Below are positions 40,650 through 53,026 of a stretch of DNA of 64,000 nucleotides, in pieces. The notes under the pieces were generated by a model. That model was not told where the DNA came from. It worked only from the letters and a program-made list of their open reading frames with translations, and made no database searches. Both the position numbers and the translations under genes were made by a program. Source of the DNA: Octopus sinensis (Eukaryota); contig NW_021836141.1 in assembly GCF_006345805.1 (NCBI RefSeq), positions 112,368 to 176,367 of the forward strand, in the 5' to 3' direction. The number at the start of each line of letters is the position of its first letter. Position 1 is the first letter of the stretch.

Positions 40650-41225
40650 TTCGGTAAAATTTTGTTTATTTCAGTTGTTTTGACCGCATTGGTCCCTCTT
40701 TAGCGTGTGGTATCTACGAATAGTAGTACCCTCAATATAATATAAATAAATATTTTCAAAGTGGAAAAATTTACGGATTTTTTCTCTTACGAGGTTTTTC
40801 ACGCTAACTACTGATAATTTCTTTTAAAGATTTTATCCTCAATTATTAATTTATATTTTTCACCGGAATAGTTCAATACTGAATTTTTATTCCGAGTAAG
40901 CAATTTGTTACCGAAATGCATTGCGAATAAGCCCGCCATTTTCATAGATATGTAAAGATAGACATTCGTACTTGCTACGACGGTTGGCTATCGAGCTTGT
41001 AACGCTATGTTTTTTCTTATATATCTTGAGTTTGTTGCACTGATAAACATAGAATGCATATTCTGCATTAATTGCGAAATCACAGGTGATATATAACTAA
41101 ATTCTTTTTTTAAATGATTTGCTTTGAAATTTTGCATTCGGTAAAATTTTGTTTATTTTAGTAGTTTTGACCGCATTGGTCCCTCTTTAGTGTGTGGTAT
41201 CTACGAATAGTAGTCCCTCAATATA

Positions 41226-41235
<10 letters not shown>
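40650..41235 (+). mobile_element. ~490-bp unit with ~100-bp terminal direct repeat and an internal decayed hammerhead (41034-41097)
   Basis: TTCGGTAAAATTTTG..CCTCAATATAATATAAATA at 40650 and ~41137; gttgca-CTGATAA..GAAA-tcac ag gtga-TA-tataac; flanked by (TA)n. Confidence 0.65.
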
Positions 41236-41262
<27 letters not shown>

Positions 41263-41334
41263 TGTAATATATGATATAATTATAAACAGGGCAAATTTTA
41301 GCCATTTCTCTGCAGGCTGAAAAAGTTATGAACG

Positions 41335-41377
41335 ACTTTAATCGATTTTCGAACCTTATTGGGTTCTCATCAGAGGC
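41335..41377 (-). ncRNA. Minimal hammerhead motif with canonical core
   Basis: CTGATGA-gaacc caataa ggttc-GAAA-atcgat-TA; palindromic stem III; stem I imperfect. Confidence 0.7.
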
Positions 41378-41822
41378 ATCTACCTTATTCTAGCAGTCTC
41401 CAGAGAAACAAGCAGCCAAACTGTTTATATACTCAACAAATGCAGCAGTTACTCTATGAAAGAGACCCTACTTTGCATACCGATAGAGTTTAACACTCTA
41501 TAAACACCAGCGGTCTGTCAACTACTAGCTATCTACTAGCACAAATCAGTCAATGTGTTGACTGAATTATATATAAAGCTACAAGCTTTATTTAGATCGT
41601 TCAGAGCTGCCTCTTTTAGGTACATCTCATTGACAAGAGTCCATAAACTCGAAACATCGATGTCAGATATTCCCGAGAGATGGCGACCCTGAACAAACAG
41701 GGTGATTTCACTCCTTTTTACCATAAGAGAGATTTTTCTCCATGATAACTGCAGTGTATTTGTCTTCAGAATTTGAAATATGTGACAAACACATTTCAAC
41801 TAACCTAAATAGTGATTATATA

Positions 41823-41864
<42 letters not shown>

Positions 41865-41923
41865 AGAAAAAAGCAGCAAGAATGGATTAGTTGTTCAGTA
41901 CAATTGTTTCATACGAAGAATAG

Positions 41924-41962
<39 letters not shown>

Positions 41963-42182
41963 CATATGAGAGGGATAATCACTATGTGGACACCCTTGTG
42001 CTAGAAGTAGATCCGCTATGGTCTTACCACTAACAAATATTCTCAAGAAAAATTCAGCAAGCAACCAAAACGTTATCGAGGAAGACAAAAGAAAAGCAAT
42101 AAAAATATGGATTATTCACATACATGTTTCACTATTACCATATTACGTAATTTTGCTTAGTGCTATATTTAAGAGACGAGGA

Positions 42183-42380
42183 ATTATGTACATTATTTAC
42201 ATTTGACAGATATTTGTCCTCATCTTAATTGTTGTTAACACAATGTTTCGGCTGATATACTCTCCAGCCTTCATCAGGTGTCTTGGGGAAATTTCAAACC
42301 TGGGTTCTCATTCCTTAGGTATTTTTCGATGTTATTATTATTATTATTTTATTATTATTTAGGTCACTGGCAATGACCTA

Positions 42381-42442
<62 letters not shown>

Positions 42443-42590
42443 CATTGAAAAATACCTTAGAAATGAGAGCCCAGGTTCGAAATTTCCTCAAGACACCTGA
42501 TGAAGGCTGGAGGTATATCAGCCGAAACGTTGTGTTAACAACAAAAAAGATGAGGACTAATATCCGTCAAATGTAAATAATGTAAATAAT
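42183..42590. repeat. Fold-back with a hammerhead motif in each arm
   Basis: gacac-CTGATGA-a-ggctg..cagcc-GAAA-cg-TT-gtgtt at 42492-42536 (+) and its complement at 42237-42282 (-); centre ~42371 flanked by (TTA)n/(TAA)n. Confidence 0.9.
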
Positions 42591-43662
42591 GAAAATGACT
42601 TAAGTTTAATAGTACATACAACATTTTATCTTGATTCATTTCAGCTAACTTCCACTGTTTTTTAAACATGTGTACCATATACTGCAGCCTAGATGCATAT
42701 ATATGTATTTGTGTGCACTTTTTCATGCAAATGTATGTATGTATGTATAATATGCATACATATATATGCATGTATATATATATATATATACATACATTGT
42801 TAAAAATATTCCATACAAGTCGGGAGATATGTGAATGCATATATGCTTATGTATATGTGCATATGCATGCAATTTATATATACAAATAAACATTTACAGA
42901 TACACACATACATATTGGTTTGTTTCCATAAATAAATAACAAACCAAGGTAGTATACTTTTTCATTCATATTTAATTACCTATATCTGTAGACAACTGTT
43001 ACAGTATATTTCCCCACATCAGTGCAAATTGCTGAATAATTGATCATATTATTTTCAAACACTTTGAGATGGAACAAGGTTAAATGAAAATTGATAATTG
43101 TTTTCATTAAAACTGTGTTGTGTCGTTCTTAGAAAGATGGAGACTAGAGGAAAATGATAAAACTTAAAACAAACTATAAGAATGGTGAATGTCAAATGAA
43201 CAATACAAAATTTTTTGCAGCAGAGTAATTTTTCACATCTAACGTTCAAATCTCAGAAAATTGAAAAATACTTCCGCTTTAGTCCGATATATATTTATAT
43301 ATTTATTTATAAATTATAATGGTTATCGACAATTTTTTTTTCGGCATATTTGGCATTAGAATTTTTCTTCTGCCCTTATCTTGTAAATTATGTATATATT
43401 TATTTATTTAGTTCTAGCCACATTAACTAATTTATGCATATCTACTCGAAATGTAAGGTAGGCAACAACACCTGCTCCGTATATTTACCTCACAATTTAT
43501 ATTTATTAATTATCATCTAACCGCTATCTGTTTTGAGTACTTTTAAAATATAATGTAATTTATAGTGCAATTCATTGAATATGTAATACTTTCCACAAAT
43601 GTTTGGACGCATCTGAAACAGCTGTCTGCATATAGAGGTCTATAAATATTTGAAAAACATAT

Positions 43663-44067
43663 TTGTTTCTTTACTGCCAACAAGGGGCTAAACATAGAGG
43701 GGACAAACAAAGAGATTAAGTCGATTAAATCGACCGCAGTGCGTAACTGGTACTTATTTAATCGACCCCGAAAGAATGAAAAGCAAAGTCGACCTCGGCG
43801 GAATTTGAACTCAGAACGTAACGGCAGACAAAATACCTATTTCTTTACTACCCACAAGGAGCTAAACACAGAGAGGACAAACAAGGACAGACAAACGGAT
43901 TAAGTTGATTACATTGACCCCAGTGCGTAACTGGTACTTTATTTATCGACCCCGAAAGGATTAAGGGCAAAGTCGACCTTGGCAGAATTTGATCTCAGAA
44001 CGTAACGGCAGACGAAATACCGCTAAGCATTTCGCCCGGCGCGCTAACGTTTCTGCCAGCTCACCGC
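43663..44067 (-). mobile_element. SINE family B multimer flanked by a ~50-bp direct repeat
   Basis: CTGAAACAGCTGTCTGCA..ATATTTGAAAAA at 43613 and 44068. Confidence 0.85.
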
Positions 44068-44952
44068 CTGAAACAGCTGTCTGCATTTAGAGGTCTGCAG
44101 ATATTTGAAAAATATACTGCCTTGGGTTATTGTTTACTTGTAGAATTTTCGTGTGTGTGCGTGCGTTCTTAGCTTTTCTCTACTGCGGCGGCACAAGATG
44201 AATGAACTATGCCTTTATTGAAAATAAAAGAAATATCACATCACGAAAAATATCAAGTCGCTCTTATTCATCTTGCATTTTAATCGTGCACAATATATAA
44301 GATGCAGAATATTTAAATTGGTTGGAACCAAAGAAAAATTTGTCTGAAATGGAAAATGTTTTTAAAAGTTTCACTAATATTTGGACGTCTGACTAACTTC
44401 TTTATGCCAATAGCTGGGAATATTAAGTATCATTCTTTCTTCATTCTTATACTCATTAAAAACTAAGTGTTTCAGCTTTATCGTTTTACTCTCCCGCTGT
44501 CTGAAAATAATTGAAAATAATTATCAATCATCATCTAACCTTCTTCCGTCTTGAACTATTTGAATATAATGTAATTGATTATTTAGTAATTGGCAGTGAT
44601 GCACGACGACATTCTGAAACAGTTGTCTGCAGATATAGATGATTAAATGTATATTGCTCTTTTGGATTAATATTTATTTACTGAGAGGATACATATATTC
44701 ACACTCATACAGATACATACATACATACATACATACATACATACATACATGCATATATACATACATACATACATACATACATACATACATACATACATAC
44801 ATACATACATACATACATACGTACGTACATAGATGCTGTGTGTGTGTGGAAGCAGTCTAAGAGTCCATAGGTCTGGAAAAAATATACTCATATACATTTG
44901 TGAGTAAAGTGGATATATTATTCGAAGTGTACAGTATTATATATCCATTACG

Positions 44953-45043
44953 GCCGATCTTGCCAATTGGTTTCGCGTCAGAGGTTCAACGGAGAGTTAG
45001 GTAACAGTCCGATTATGTAACCCTGTGCTCTTCAGAGGTAGGC
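44953..45043 (-). ncRNA. Hammerhead-like motif with enlarged, branched stem II (copy 2)
   Basis: gcctacct-CTGAAGA-~54 nt-GAAA-ccaattgg-CA-agatcggc. Confidence 0.55.
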
Positions 45044-45479
45044 GATATGAAATTAATGATGACGACTGTTCTTTTTTGTTGAAAGTATACAGAGACAATA
45101 CGGTTTGTGATTGCTGTAAAAAAAGATGATGAAACGAATCGATGAAACAAATTCTTGAATTTAACCAAAAAACAAAAGAAATAAAGCAGACTAAAAGGCT
45201 ATGCATATAGTACCACTACACACATTCTATTTCCACAAGAACACTAACGTTAAAGACACATACATTTGCCATAAACCCTTTTCTAGAAAACTCTCATTGA
45301 CTTGCAACAAAACCGCCCCTTGAGTTGATGCTTTTCGTATCAGGGGTCATAACATTTGACTTAATCCCCAGCTAGATTCGTTTCATCATCATTTTCACAA
45401 CAACCACAAACCAGATGTGTCTTTTCACCACCAACAATAGAAATCAGTCGCCATACTTAATTCCATAACAGCTATCTCT

Positions 45480-45767
45480 AAAGAGCGCATGGTTACATAA
45501 TCGTGAGTTCGATTCCTGACGTCACGTTGTATCTTTGAGCAAGACACTTTATTTCCTGTTGCTCCAGTCCGCGCAGATGGTGAAAATGAATTGTACCTGT
45601 AATTCAAAGGGCCAGCCTTGTCACATTCTATGTCACGTTGTATCTCCCTGAGAACTACGTACACGTGTCTGTGGAGTACTCAGCTACTTGCACGTTAATT
45701 TCACCAGGGGATTATTCCGTTGATCGTATCAACTGAAACACACGCCGTCATAACCAACGGAATGCCA
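45480..45767 (+). mobile_element. Degenerate SINE (head H2, tail T1)
   Basis: 5' part matches the 8600 element; 3' part matches the tail of 17665-18053. Confidence 0.75.
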
Positions 45768-45783
45768 TATATATATATGGAAT

Positions 45784-45834
45784 TTTGTCAGTGAACAGGT
45801 CGAGGTCTCAAAGCGACGAAAATATTTTGGCAAA
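45784..45834 (+). ncRNA. Hammerhead motif with G3:C8-swapped core (GTGAACA)
   Basis: tttgtca-GTGAACA-g-gtcg..cgac-GAAA-atat-TT-tggcaaa; all three helices intact. Confidence 0.7.
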
Positions 45835-46009
45835 TTAAATTCAAATGTTGAAGTGAATCAAACGGTTTTCTGTGTGTTTCTTAAACAGCTTATAAACACC
45901 TTCCACGCTCAATTGTTTTCGTTCCAACACACGATCTCAGATCAGGTCACTTGCTCTGCAAGTACATCTCCGTGATATGTATGTATGTATGTATGTATGT
46001 ATATGTAAG

Positions 46010-46160
46010 TATTGATAGAAATTGTAAGACAACAAAAGAATGAAAGAGACCTCGATATTATGTAAATAGAGGAATTTATCTGTAAATATAATGTGACAAT
46101 TATTCAGTAGCCTGGCCCGATAACTGAAGAGATGTCGGCGTGGGTTTCCGCCCCGACGTT
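46010..46160. mobile_element. Inverted pLTR-type fragment of the 1255-1432 hammerhead family
   Basis: 46010-46112 is the reverse complement of 1320-1432; 46119-46160 repeats GATAACTGAAGAGATG..CCGAC. Confidence 0.8.
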
Positions 46161-46691
46161 ATGCCTCCATTCATTTTCACACATGGTCTCAGACTCAACA
46201 GAGGCCTACATCAAGTGCCTGGAGGAGGTCGTGCTGCCCTGGGTCAAGAGGATGGCTGTTAGAAGACCCAATGTCTGGCAACAGGACTCTGCACCATGCC
46301 ACACAAGCAGGAGAATCCAGTGATGACTGTCAGACAATTTCTGCGACTACTTCACCTCTAACATCTGGCCAACTAACTCCCTAGACTGCAACTCCCTTTA
46401 TTATTACATGTGGGGTGCAGTTGAGCGAGAGACCAACAAAACTCCTTGTAACATACACTAAAGATGAACTGAAGGCAAGGATTATGGCAGCATTCACCAA
46501 CTTAAACAAGGAGACCGCCCAGGAGAGTTGCGGGAGGTTTCGAAGTCATCTGGAGGCCGTGGTTGAAGCCAATGGCGATATTATTTCAAGATATTTTTAT
46601 GTAATTTTGATAAATATATCTGTTAAAATGAGATGTCAGTGCTATTTTCATTTTTGCGTAATTTAGATGACAGCTTATTCATCGCACCCTG
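46161..46691 (+). mobile_element. Tc1/mariner (maT-like) 3' fragment
   Basis: WQQDSAPCHTS, WPTNSLDCN, RFRSHLEAVVEANG; ends CACCCTG-TA. Confidence 0.85.
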
Positions 46692-46718
46692 TAAGATATA
46701 TATATATATATATAATAA

Positions 46719-46749
<31 letters not shown>

Positions 46750-46814
46750 CATACATACATACATACACACATACATACACACATACATACATACATATAT
46801 ATATATATAGGAAA

Positions 46815-47320
46815 GGACTGAGAAGTTCAGTTACTTAGGCACTTTGGGTGACCAATCAGCAGACTGCAACCAAGAATCTGCAGCAAAATTTGGTGTAGCG
46901 AATTTAGCTCTGAGGTCACTCAATACAACACGGAGAAACTGCTCCCTGAGCAAATGCATCAAATGCGTTGTATGGCTGTGAATCAAGGAATCTAACGGTG
47001 GCTGACACCAAGTAACGAGAGTGGTGGCGTGCAAGATTACGAGCTAAAGTCGATGCTGGGGATCAGTTGGGCGGCTTGGAGAGCAAATGATTCGGAACAA
47101 AAGCAGTTGGTAAGTATCAGGTGGTGAAAACCTCAATATTTTGACAACGTTATTAAGACACAGAATCTCTATGCCTACATCCGCTAAGTCTAGATGAATG
47201 GGAAATAAGCTTATGGCTAAGAGACGAAGACGTTAAGATAACATCAAGGACTAGATGTGGATGGCCCTAGTGGAACATGAGGCCAGAGTATATGGCAAGG
47301 AATCGTGATTGTGTCTATGT
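46815..47320 (+). mobile_element. Degenerate RTE-like RT C-terminal remnant
   Basis: KFSYLG and RRRR*DNIKD-like pieces. Confidence 0.45.
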
Positions 47321-47972
47321 ATTTCACTCTTCAATCTAGAGGAGGGGGATATTCTATTACTCTCCAAACCCCATAGACACTTCTCTACACTTTAAGAATA
47401 ACAACTGAGACTGAACATACATCCGATGGAAATTTTCACTAAAAATGCAGGCATAGATACAGCATGGGAATCTTTAATAAACCGACAATTTCCCCGACAT
47501 TTTTGTCATAAGAGACTAAGAAATATCAAAATAATCTAAATTTAGCTAAAATAATCATCTTATTAATCATCTTAATAAATAATCTAAATTTAGCTAAAAT
47601 AATCATCAAGCAAAAACATATCCAAATCTCTGAAAAGGAACATAATCAAGATATTTGTAAAGCTTATCATTATATCTATATTACCAATACATCTATTAAC
47701 CGCATGTATGTTATTTATATGCATAATGCTATGTATCGTTATCAGTGAGTTTTAGCTGGTTTGCGGTGAGCTGGTGGCAGCTGCCGTTGAAGAGACGCAG
47801 TACCTCAAAATCAAGGGATCTGCCAGCTCCGGTGCCCATAGCAGGTGATTCCTGTCTACCAACGATATGAATATGCGTGCGGTTAATATATATATAGATC
47901 GCCATGTTGAATCGCTAGCTTCTGCACGCATTTTTTCTCTCCTTGTTTCTCTCCGTGTTTCTTTTCTGTGTA

Positions 47973-48010
47973 TCTTTCTGTTGAAGAGCGTAGACTCGAA
48001 ACGTAAAAGA
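47973..48010 (+). ncRNA. Hammerhead motif with A6U core (CTGTTGA)
   Basis: tcttt-CTGTTGA-a-gag..ctc-GAAA-cg-TA-aaaga. Confidence 0.65.
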
Positions 48011-48129
48011 CTTGTTTTGTTTATATTCCTGAGCGCCATACTAATACAATTGTTTGTTTGTACTCCACCTGCCTTCGTCTTTTGTTTATTTTCATAAAGC
48101 TTCCCGTTATATATATATGTGTGTGTGTG

Positions 48130-49708
48130 TTTGACAATACGTTTTACCGTCAAAAATCCGAAATTACTATGGGTACTAGGGCAGCACTAGTCATTGCGAA
48201 CCTAACAATGGGCTACCTGGAGGTAATAATATACTAGGAATCTTTATCTACCTTTGGAAACCACCTTTCCCAATACATAAAAGAGAATTGGAAAAGATTC
48301 CTAGACAACTGTTTTATACTCTGGAATAAAAACACAGATAAACTCCTAAAATTCAAAAGCCTATTGAACAGTGTCAACCCAAATATACATTTCACAATGG
48401 AATACAACCAAAAGGAGCTTCCATTCTTAGATATACTAATAAAAAAAATAAACTTAAAAATAAAAACGGACATATGTTACAAAACCACTGACACCAAACA
48501 ATATCTACTTTTTTATTCATTCCACCCAAGACACACTAAAACAAACATCCCCTCAACCTTGCAAGAAGGATATGCACAATAGTGTCAGAACAAAATACCA
48601 GAAACATTAGACTACAAGAACTCAAAAGCACCCTAATTGACAGACGCTACCCAGTTCAACTCATAGAGGATGGAATCAGCCGTGCAACAGAAATCGACAT
48701 AGAAACCTGAAGAAAAATTCAACACAGCAACACATCTTCCCCGAAAATACTGCCGTACATATCCACATACAACCCCAGAAACAAAGAGCCTTCACCAACA
48801 TCACCCAGAATTTACCCATGCTACATAAGGACCCCAAATTAAAGGAAAGTTTAAACATACATAAAATCATCAAAAGCTACAAACAACCTAAATCGCTAAA
48901 AGAAAGATACTCACAAAGGCAAAATTGTTTTCTGAAATAACGGATGCAAAAGCAAACAAATGTGGTAGATCAAACTGCGCAACATGCCCAAACCTTCTAG
49001 AAGGATCAGAATTCCTCTTCAAAGAGGGACAAAAATTCAAGATCAAATCTAATTTTACTTGTGCTTCAGAAAACCTAATTTATGTCATAAGATGCTTAGG
49101 CTGCCACCAAAACTACATAGTGTCCACGGGATCATCGCTCAGATGCAGATGCACTCTGCATCGACAACAGATTGCATTCCCAGAATACAGAATGATACAC
49201 TTTAGTGAACATATTGAGAAATGCGTAAAGCAGCTACTACCGCAATTTATAATCTTTTCATTCTATCAATGTGCTATTGTAACACCAGCACAAGTTAGAT
49301 TAAAGAAGGAAACATTCTTCATTGAAAAATGTAAGTCAAATCTTAACCATTTCTAGCATTTTTAAACAAGGAAACTCATCTCATTGAAAAAAATATAAAG
49401 AAAAACCTAACAACATTCTATTCCTTCTAAACTAATGTTTATTTAGTCATACCCAACATGTTTGATTATCTCCTTTATACCGGAATAAATCCCTCATTAC
49501 CTTCCCCTGTCTCGAAGCCCATATTTCACAACATAGCGAAGACATGACACGATGTAGGTAAAAAAATTTGAAAAGAAAATACGAAACCCATTATTTCTCC
49601 AAAAACTATGTTATTATACACAAAATTTTATGACATTTTTCTTACATAACGACTTAAATATATTCTTTAACCTTATAACACAAGCCTTCTGCAGTTTTTT
49701 CACTCTTT

Positions 49709-49710
<2 letters not shown>
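48130..49710 (+). mobile_element. Penelope-like element, RT plus GIY-YIG, frameshifted
   Basis: TMGT..ANLTMGYLE, WKRFLDNCF, IHFTMEY..LPFLDI, CGRSNCATC, NLIYVIRC..YIVSTG. Confidence 0.92.
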
Positions 49711-49776
<66 letters not shown>

Positions 49777-49810
49777 ATGTATGCATGTGTGTATATATGT
49801 ATGTATGTAC

Positions 49811-49846
<36 letters not shown>

Positions 49847-50334
49847 ACTGTATAAATATGTTGCGTCAGCTTATGTCGCTATCAAGAAATCTAGAGTATA
49901 TTGGATATTTAAATTACTTGCACGATTTATGAAGGATTAATTTAAGTATATTTTTGTGTGTATATACTTATATAAATGAAATATATGTTCGTGTGTGCGC
50001 GCGCGCGTGCACACACGCATACATATTATATATACATAGGTAGATATAAACATATAGGTATATGTGCATGAATGATTATCATCTGTTCACATTCCGTTCC
50101 GTTTGTGCCTGTATGCATACACATATATATCTGTGTGTACGGCTATTGTGATATTAAATCTCTTGTCACGTATTCACTATCTTTTTAGTTTATCAGATGA
50201 CATTGTCAATTTACCTCTTTCATTCTGTTTATTGCGACGATTTCATTCGCTGAATTTATTTGTTCCGTCTGTCTATGTAAATTTTAACTGCAAATGAATG
50301 TCTTACTATATTACAATATATTAATGTCCTAAGT

Positions 50335-51026
50335 CGGTGAGCTGGCAGAGACGTTAGCACGCCGGGCGAAATGCGTAGCTGTATTTCGTCTGCCGTAACG
50401 TTCTGCCGTTCTGAGTTCAATAAAAGTCGGCGAGCTGGCAGAACCGGGTGAAATGCGTAGCCGTATTTCGTCTGCCGTTACGTTCTGAGTTCAAATTCCA
50501 CCGAGGTCGACTTTGCCTTTCATCCTTTCGAGATCGATAAATTAAGTACCAGTTACGCACTGAGGTCGAAATAGTCGACTTAATCCGTTTGTCTGCCCTT
50601 GTTTGTCCCCTCTGTGTTTAGCCCCTTGTGGGTAGTAAAGAAATAGGTATTTTGTCTGTCTTTACGTTCTGAGTTCGAATTCCGCCGAGCTCGACTTTGC
50701 CTTTCATCCTTCTGGGGTCGATAAATTGAGTGCCACTTACGCACTGGGGTCGGTATAATCAACTTGATCTCTTTGTCTGTCCTTGTTTTCCCCTCTGCCT
50801 GTAGCTCCTAGTGGACAGTAAAGAAATCAGAAACGTTAGCACGATGGGCGAAATGCTCAGCGGTATTTTGTATGTCTTTCGGTTGTGAGTTCGAATTCCG
50901 CAGAGGTCGACTTTATCTTTCATCCTTTCGGGATCGATAAATTGAGTGCCAGTTGCGCACCGGGATCGATGTCATCGACATAATCCCTTTATCTGTCCTT
51001 GTTTGTCTCCTCTACGTTTAGCCCCC

Positions 51027-51047
<21 letters not shown>
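50335..51047 (+). mobile_element. SINE family B, tandem multimer
   Basis: Three core units plus a duplicated head. Confidence 0.85.
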
Positions 51048-51658
<611 letters not shown>

Positions 51659-51666
51659 TACATACA

Positions 51667-51786
<120 letters not shown>

Positions 51787-51930
51787 CATATATATATATA
51801 CATATATACCTATACATATATATATACATATATACTACATATATATGTATATACATATATATATATATATGTATATACATATATATGTATATACATATAT
51901 ATATATATATAATATATATACATATATATG

Positions 51931-51968
<38 letters not shown>

Positions 51969-52053
51969 CATATATACATACATATATATATACATATATA
52001 TATATATTCATACATATATATATACACACACACACACACACACCTACATATAC

Positions 52054-52105
<52 letters not shown>

Positions 52106-52126
52106 GATCATGTATGTATATATGTA

Positions 52127-52440
52127 CGAGGAAGAATAAAAAAATTATACACTCTTGTTTTTTCAATGTATTTACACAAAAGCAAGGGATAAACAAGTAT
52201 GTCATTTTTCTATATAGTCTCCTTGTTTTTCGACGCACCTGGTCTAGCGGTTCACAAGCTTGCATATTCCCTCCAAAGAGGAAGGTCTTTCGGTTGGTCA
52301 TTCAACCATTTATGCACCGCTTCCTGCACATCATCCGTAAGAAGTCGGCGACCTCGTAAACCATCTTTGAGCGGTCCAAATATATCATAGTCGGAAGGGA
52401 CGAAATCTGGGTTGTAGGCAGGGTGTTCTAGCACCTATAA
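52127..52440 (-). mobile_element. mariner 3' fragment
   Basis: LEHPAYNPDFVPSDYDIFGPLKDGLRGRR; terminal TA-CGAGG. Confidence 0.85.
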
Positions 52441-52550
52441 ACCAAGACCGGATTTAAATCATGGTGAGGGGCCCGGGGCACTTCAAGTTTGGTGGGCCCC
52501 TTATGAGGAAATTAACAAAGTTAAATCTCGAAACCCATCTAGTTCATGTA

Positions 52551-53026
52551 CCGTAAATCCTCGAGTATAATCCGCATTTTTATCCCAAAATTTAAAGGTC
52601 AAAATCCCTAGTGCGTACTATATACGAGGTTAAAAATGAAAATTATTTTCTAAGTAATGTCCGGCAATGTTTATTCAGATGCATTTTGTGATGTTGGGTG
52701 CAAAAATACCTTAAGCTAAGCCTGAAAGCAATGAAGTCATAAAAAAATCATCCATAACTTGCAGTAAGCAACATTTATTAAACGTTATTACTGTTATTTC
52801 TTTATTTTCTGAAAACAAAATGCACAAAAATGCTACACGTTTGCATTATGTTATATATACAATAATAATAAAGGACGTTATCGTATACATTTTTACAAAC
52901 CAAGAACGTTATATAGACCTCCTTGACTCAAGTTAGAGAAGGGGTGCGTATTATACACAAGGTTTAGGTTTTTCAGAGGTACAGCCCCCTAAAAATCCCC
53001 TGCGTACTATATTCGAGGATTTACGG
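52551..53026. mobile_element. pogo/Tigger-like MITE
   Basis: TA-CCGTAAATCCTCGAGTATA..TATATTCGAGGATTTACGG-TA. Confidence 0.85.
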
